DNA from: Peribolospora baueri
Lineage: Eukaryota
Length of the DNA stretch: 20,000 bases
Direction of reading: 5' to 3'
Assembly (NCBI GenBank): GCA_029717555.1
Contig: JAMDHS010000096.1
Span: forward strand, 57,184 to 77,183
This document shows, in pieces, positions 18,035-20,000 of this stretch. Position 1 is the first letter of the stretch, and the number at the start of each line of letters is the position of its first letter. The translations under genes were made by a program, and so were the position numbers. The notes under the pieces are model-generated. The model had not been told where the DNA came from. It did not search any database and saw only the letters and a program-made list of their open reading frames with translations.

Positions 18035-20000
18035 GAGGAGGTGCTGGAAGGTGAGGAGAGAGGAAGGAAGAAGGAAAGAGGCGGGGACGGGGGAGAGTGG
18101 GGCGGGCAGAAGGAGGAGGCGAAACCTGCCGGTGTTGCTCTAGCGTCGGGGAGAACGGAGAAAGGTGGGAATGGTAGGAGGGAGGAGGTGAGAGGAGGTG
18201 AGAGGAGGAAGGCGAGGAAGGACTTGGACACGGGAACTGGATGGAGCTCGAGCACAGGGCCGGGTGACTTACGCTTGTAGGAGGGGGATGGATGGCGGTG
18301 CGAGGGTGGAGTCGGAGAGGCGGGACGAAGGGATGGATGGATGGGAGGATGAATTCGGGACGGGACGATGAGATGAGGATGGAGGGGAGGATGAACGATG
18401 GACGATGGGATGATGGACGATAGACGGAGTTGAGTGGTGGTCGCGTCGAGTGGGCGGATCGGGAAGAGAATTTCGCACGAGTCTCGTGCACAGCTCCTTG
18501 CCAAGCAAGCACCCTTCGACCACGTCCTTTCTTCTTGCCACACTGGCTGACACCGGCTCAGCAGACATGGACATACATGGACATGGCCCGGCACTTCCCT
18601 GCGAGCACCACAGCGCTCTGCTCGACAGAACTTACACAAAGGCGAAGCAGAGGAGATGAAAGCAAAGCAACGCAAGGAAGGGGACCCGGCCCGCAGAGGA
18701 AAAACGCGAGCACGGATCGGCGTTCGTGTTACTATTTCTCTATAATAACGGAAAGGACAAGAACAAATCGGATGGACAAACATTCTACCTCACTCGCCTG
18801 TTCCGCCAAGCAGCACCCAACCTCTCCTCCTCTCGTCCGCTCCGGCTTAGTCGCCTGCTCGAGTCGCTCTGACGCCCACAGCCCATGTCATGTCCTTTCT
18901 TCCCTGCCTCGCACAGGCCTCGCCGTCGTGTCTTCCTCGCCAGCCAGCAAGCACGACTTGTTGTCCTCGATAACCCTACTCTGTCCCATCCCCCGTCTTG
19001 CCGGCTGCGGCTCTATATCGACGCTCGCTCACTCCAGTCTCTGTCGACCGTTCCGACGGCGCAGGCCAACGCCAGCTCGGACTTGCAGCCAAGCCAGTCT
19101 CGGGCGAGGCACCTGCTACAAAGGGCGGACGGGGCGGTGCGGTGCGCGCCGACACCTTCCCATCCTATCGGTGCAGGCCAGGCCATCATGGCTATTTAAG
19201 GGTGAAACCGACGGCTCGACCGGCGCGGGGAACGGGAGCGGAAGCGCACCAACGTCCGAAGGGGCAGGCACGGGAAAGAAAGGGGCGGCCGCGGCGCGTC
19301 TTCGCGGCGACAGCCTTGATGACAACGCTCGGACCCTCTAGTCCCGTCGCCCCTCCTGCCTACCTCACGTCAGGATGGGCGGCGATGGCAGGCGACGGTT
19401 GCTCGCTGGCACGGTGGGGACCATGTGGACTGGACGTAAGGGTGCCCACGCACAGATAAGATAGCAGACCTGCGAAGGATGGGTGCGATACCTCGTCTGA
19501 GGAAACTACATGCAGCCAGCCCATCGACGATGTGCTCAGATCGACCTCCCATTTCATCAAGTGGTAGGCCACCGTCTGTGGGCGGGCGCGACAGGATCAG
19601 AGTCGGCGTGGCCTGGTTCGGTGTTCCTCGCGGCATTGGCTACCCCACATCGCGAACTTTGGTCTGCAGGAGGATGAACTGGGTGAAAAAGGGTGCCAAG
19701 CATGGTCAAGATCGTCCAAGGTAGAGAGAGGGGAAGGTGTGTGTCATAATGCCGCCGGGTTGGAACACACTGAATGGTACGACCCCGTCACCACGCATCG
19801 TAGAAAACGGTACTTGCGGATGGAAGGCGAGAAGGGTAGGGTAGGTGAGGATGGAATGTGAGTGAGCGACAGTTTCCGCAGAGGCCCATCTCGACGGGGC
19901 AGGTCGTGTTAGGTAGCGTTGATGAGCGGAACGGGTCGCCATCGCGTCGCCGTCGTCGTCGACTGGCCCATGAACGCCCTGTCGACGTTCCAGCGTCAGC

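Noticed and set aside
17668..19459. Long ORFs 17668..18783 (-), 18430..19341 (+) and 18998..19459 (+)
   Set aside because: They overlap the DEF1 promoter/5' leader, have non-ATG starts and low-complexity composition, and show no domain signal.
19706..20000. Minus-strand frame open to the window edge, possibly the 3' end of a neighbouring gene
   Set aside because: No recognisable motif or splice support within the window; cannot be judged without flanking sequence.

Overview
Intron-rich, GC-rich eukaryotic DNA, very likely from a basidiomycete fungus (GT-AG introns of about 80-270 nt, CTRAC-type branch sites, CT-rich leaders, many microsatellites). I reconstructed four spliced genes by hand. 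(1) 1294-5175 (+), about 1049 aa: signal peptide, a GH16-like domain with a degenerate catalytic motif, one TM helix, a disordered linker and a multi-pass acyltransferase-3 (AT3/OafA-type) domain. (2) 5609-7647 (+): MID1, the Cch1 Ca2+-channel regulatory subunit. (3) 9289-11904 (+): a low-complexity protein of unknown function with a few ordered-looking blocks. (4) 18034-14055 (-): a Def1/UBAP2L-Lingerer-like CUE, RGG and Q-rich protein. The 2.1 kb gap between convergent genes 3 and 4 holds a possible unannotated minus-strand unit (155-aa ORF and/or a cluster of stem-loops). A degenerate 26-bp tandem array lies near the window start. The most interesting item is the pseudo-GH16/AT3 fusion, a candidate cell-wall glycan O-acylation machine. 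Family assignments come from motif recognition, not database searches.
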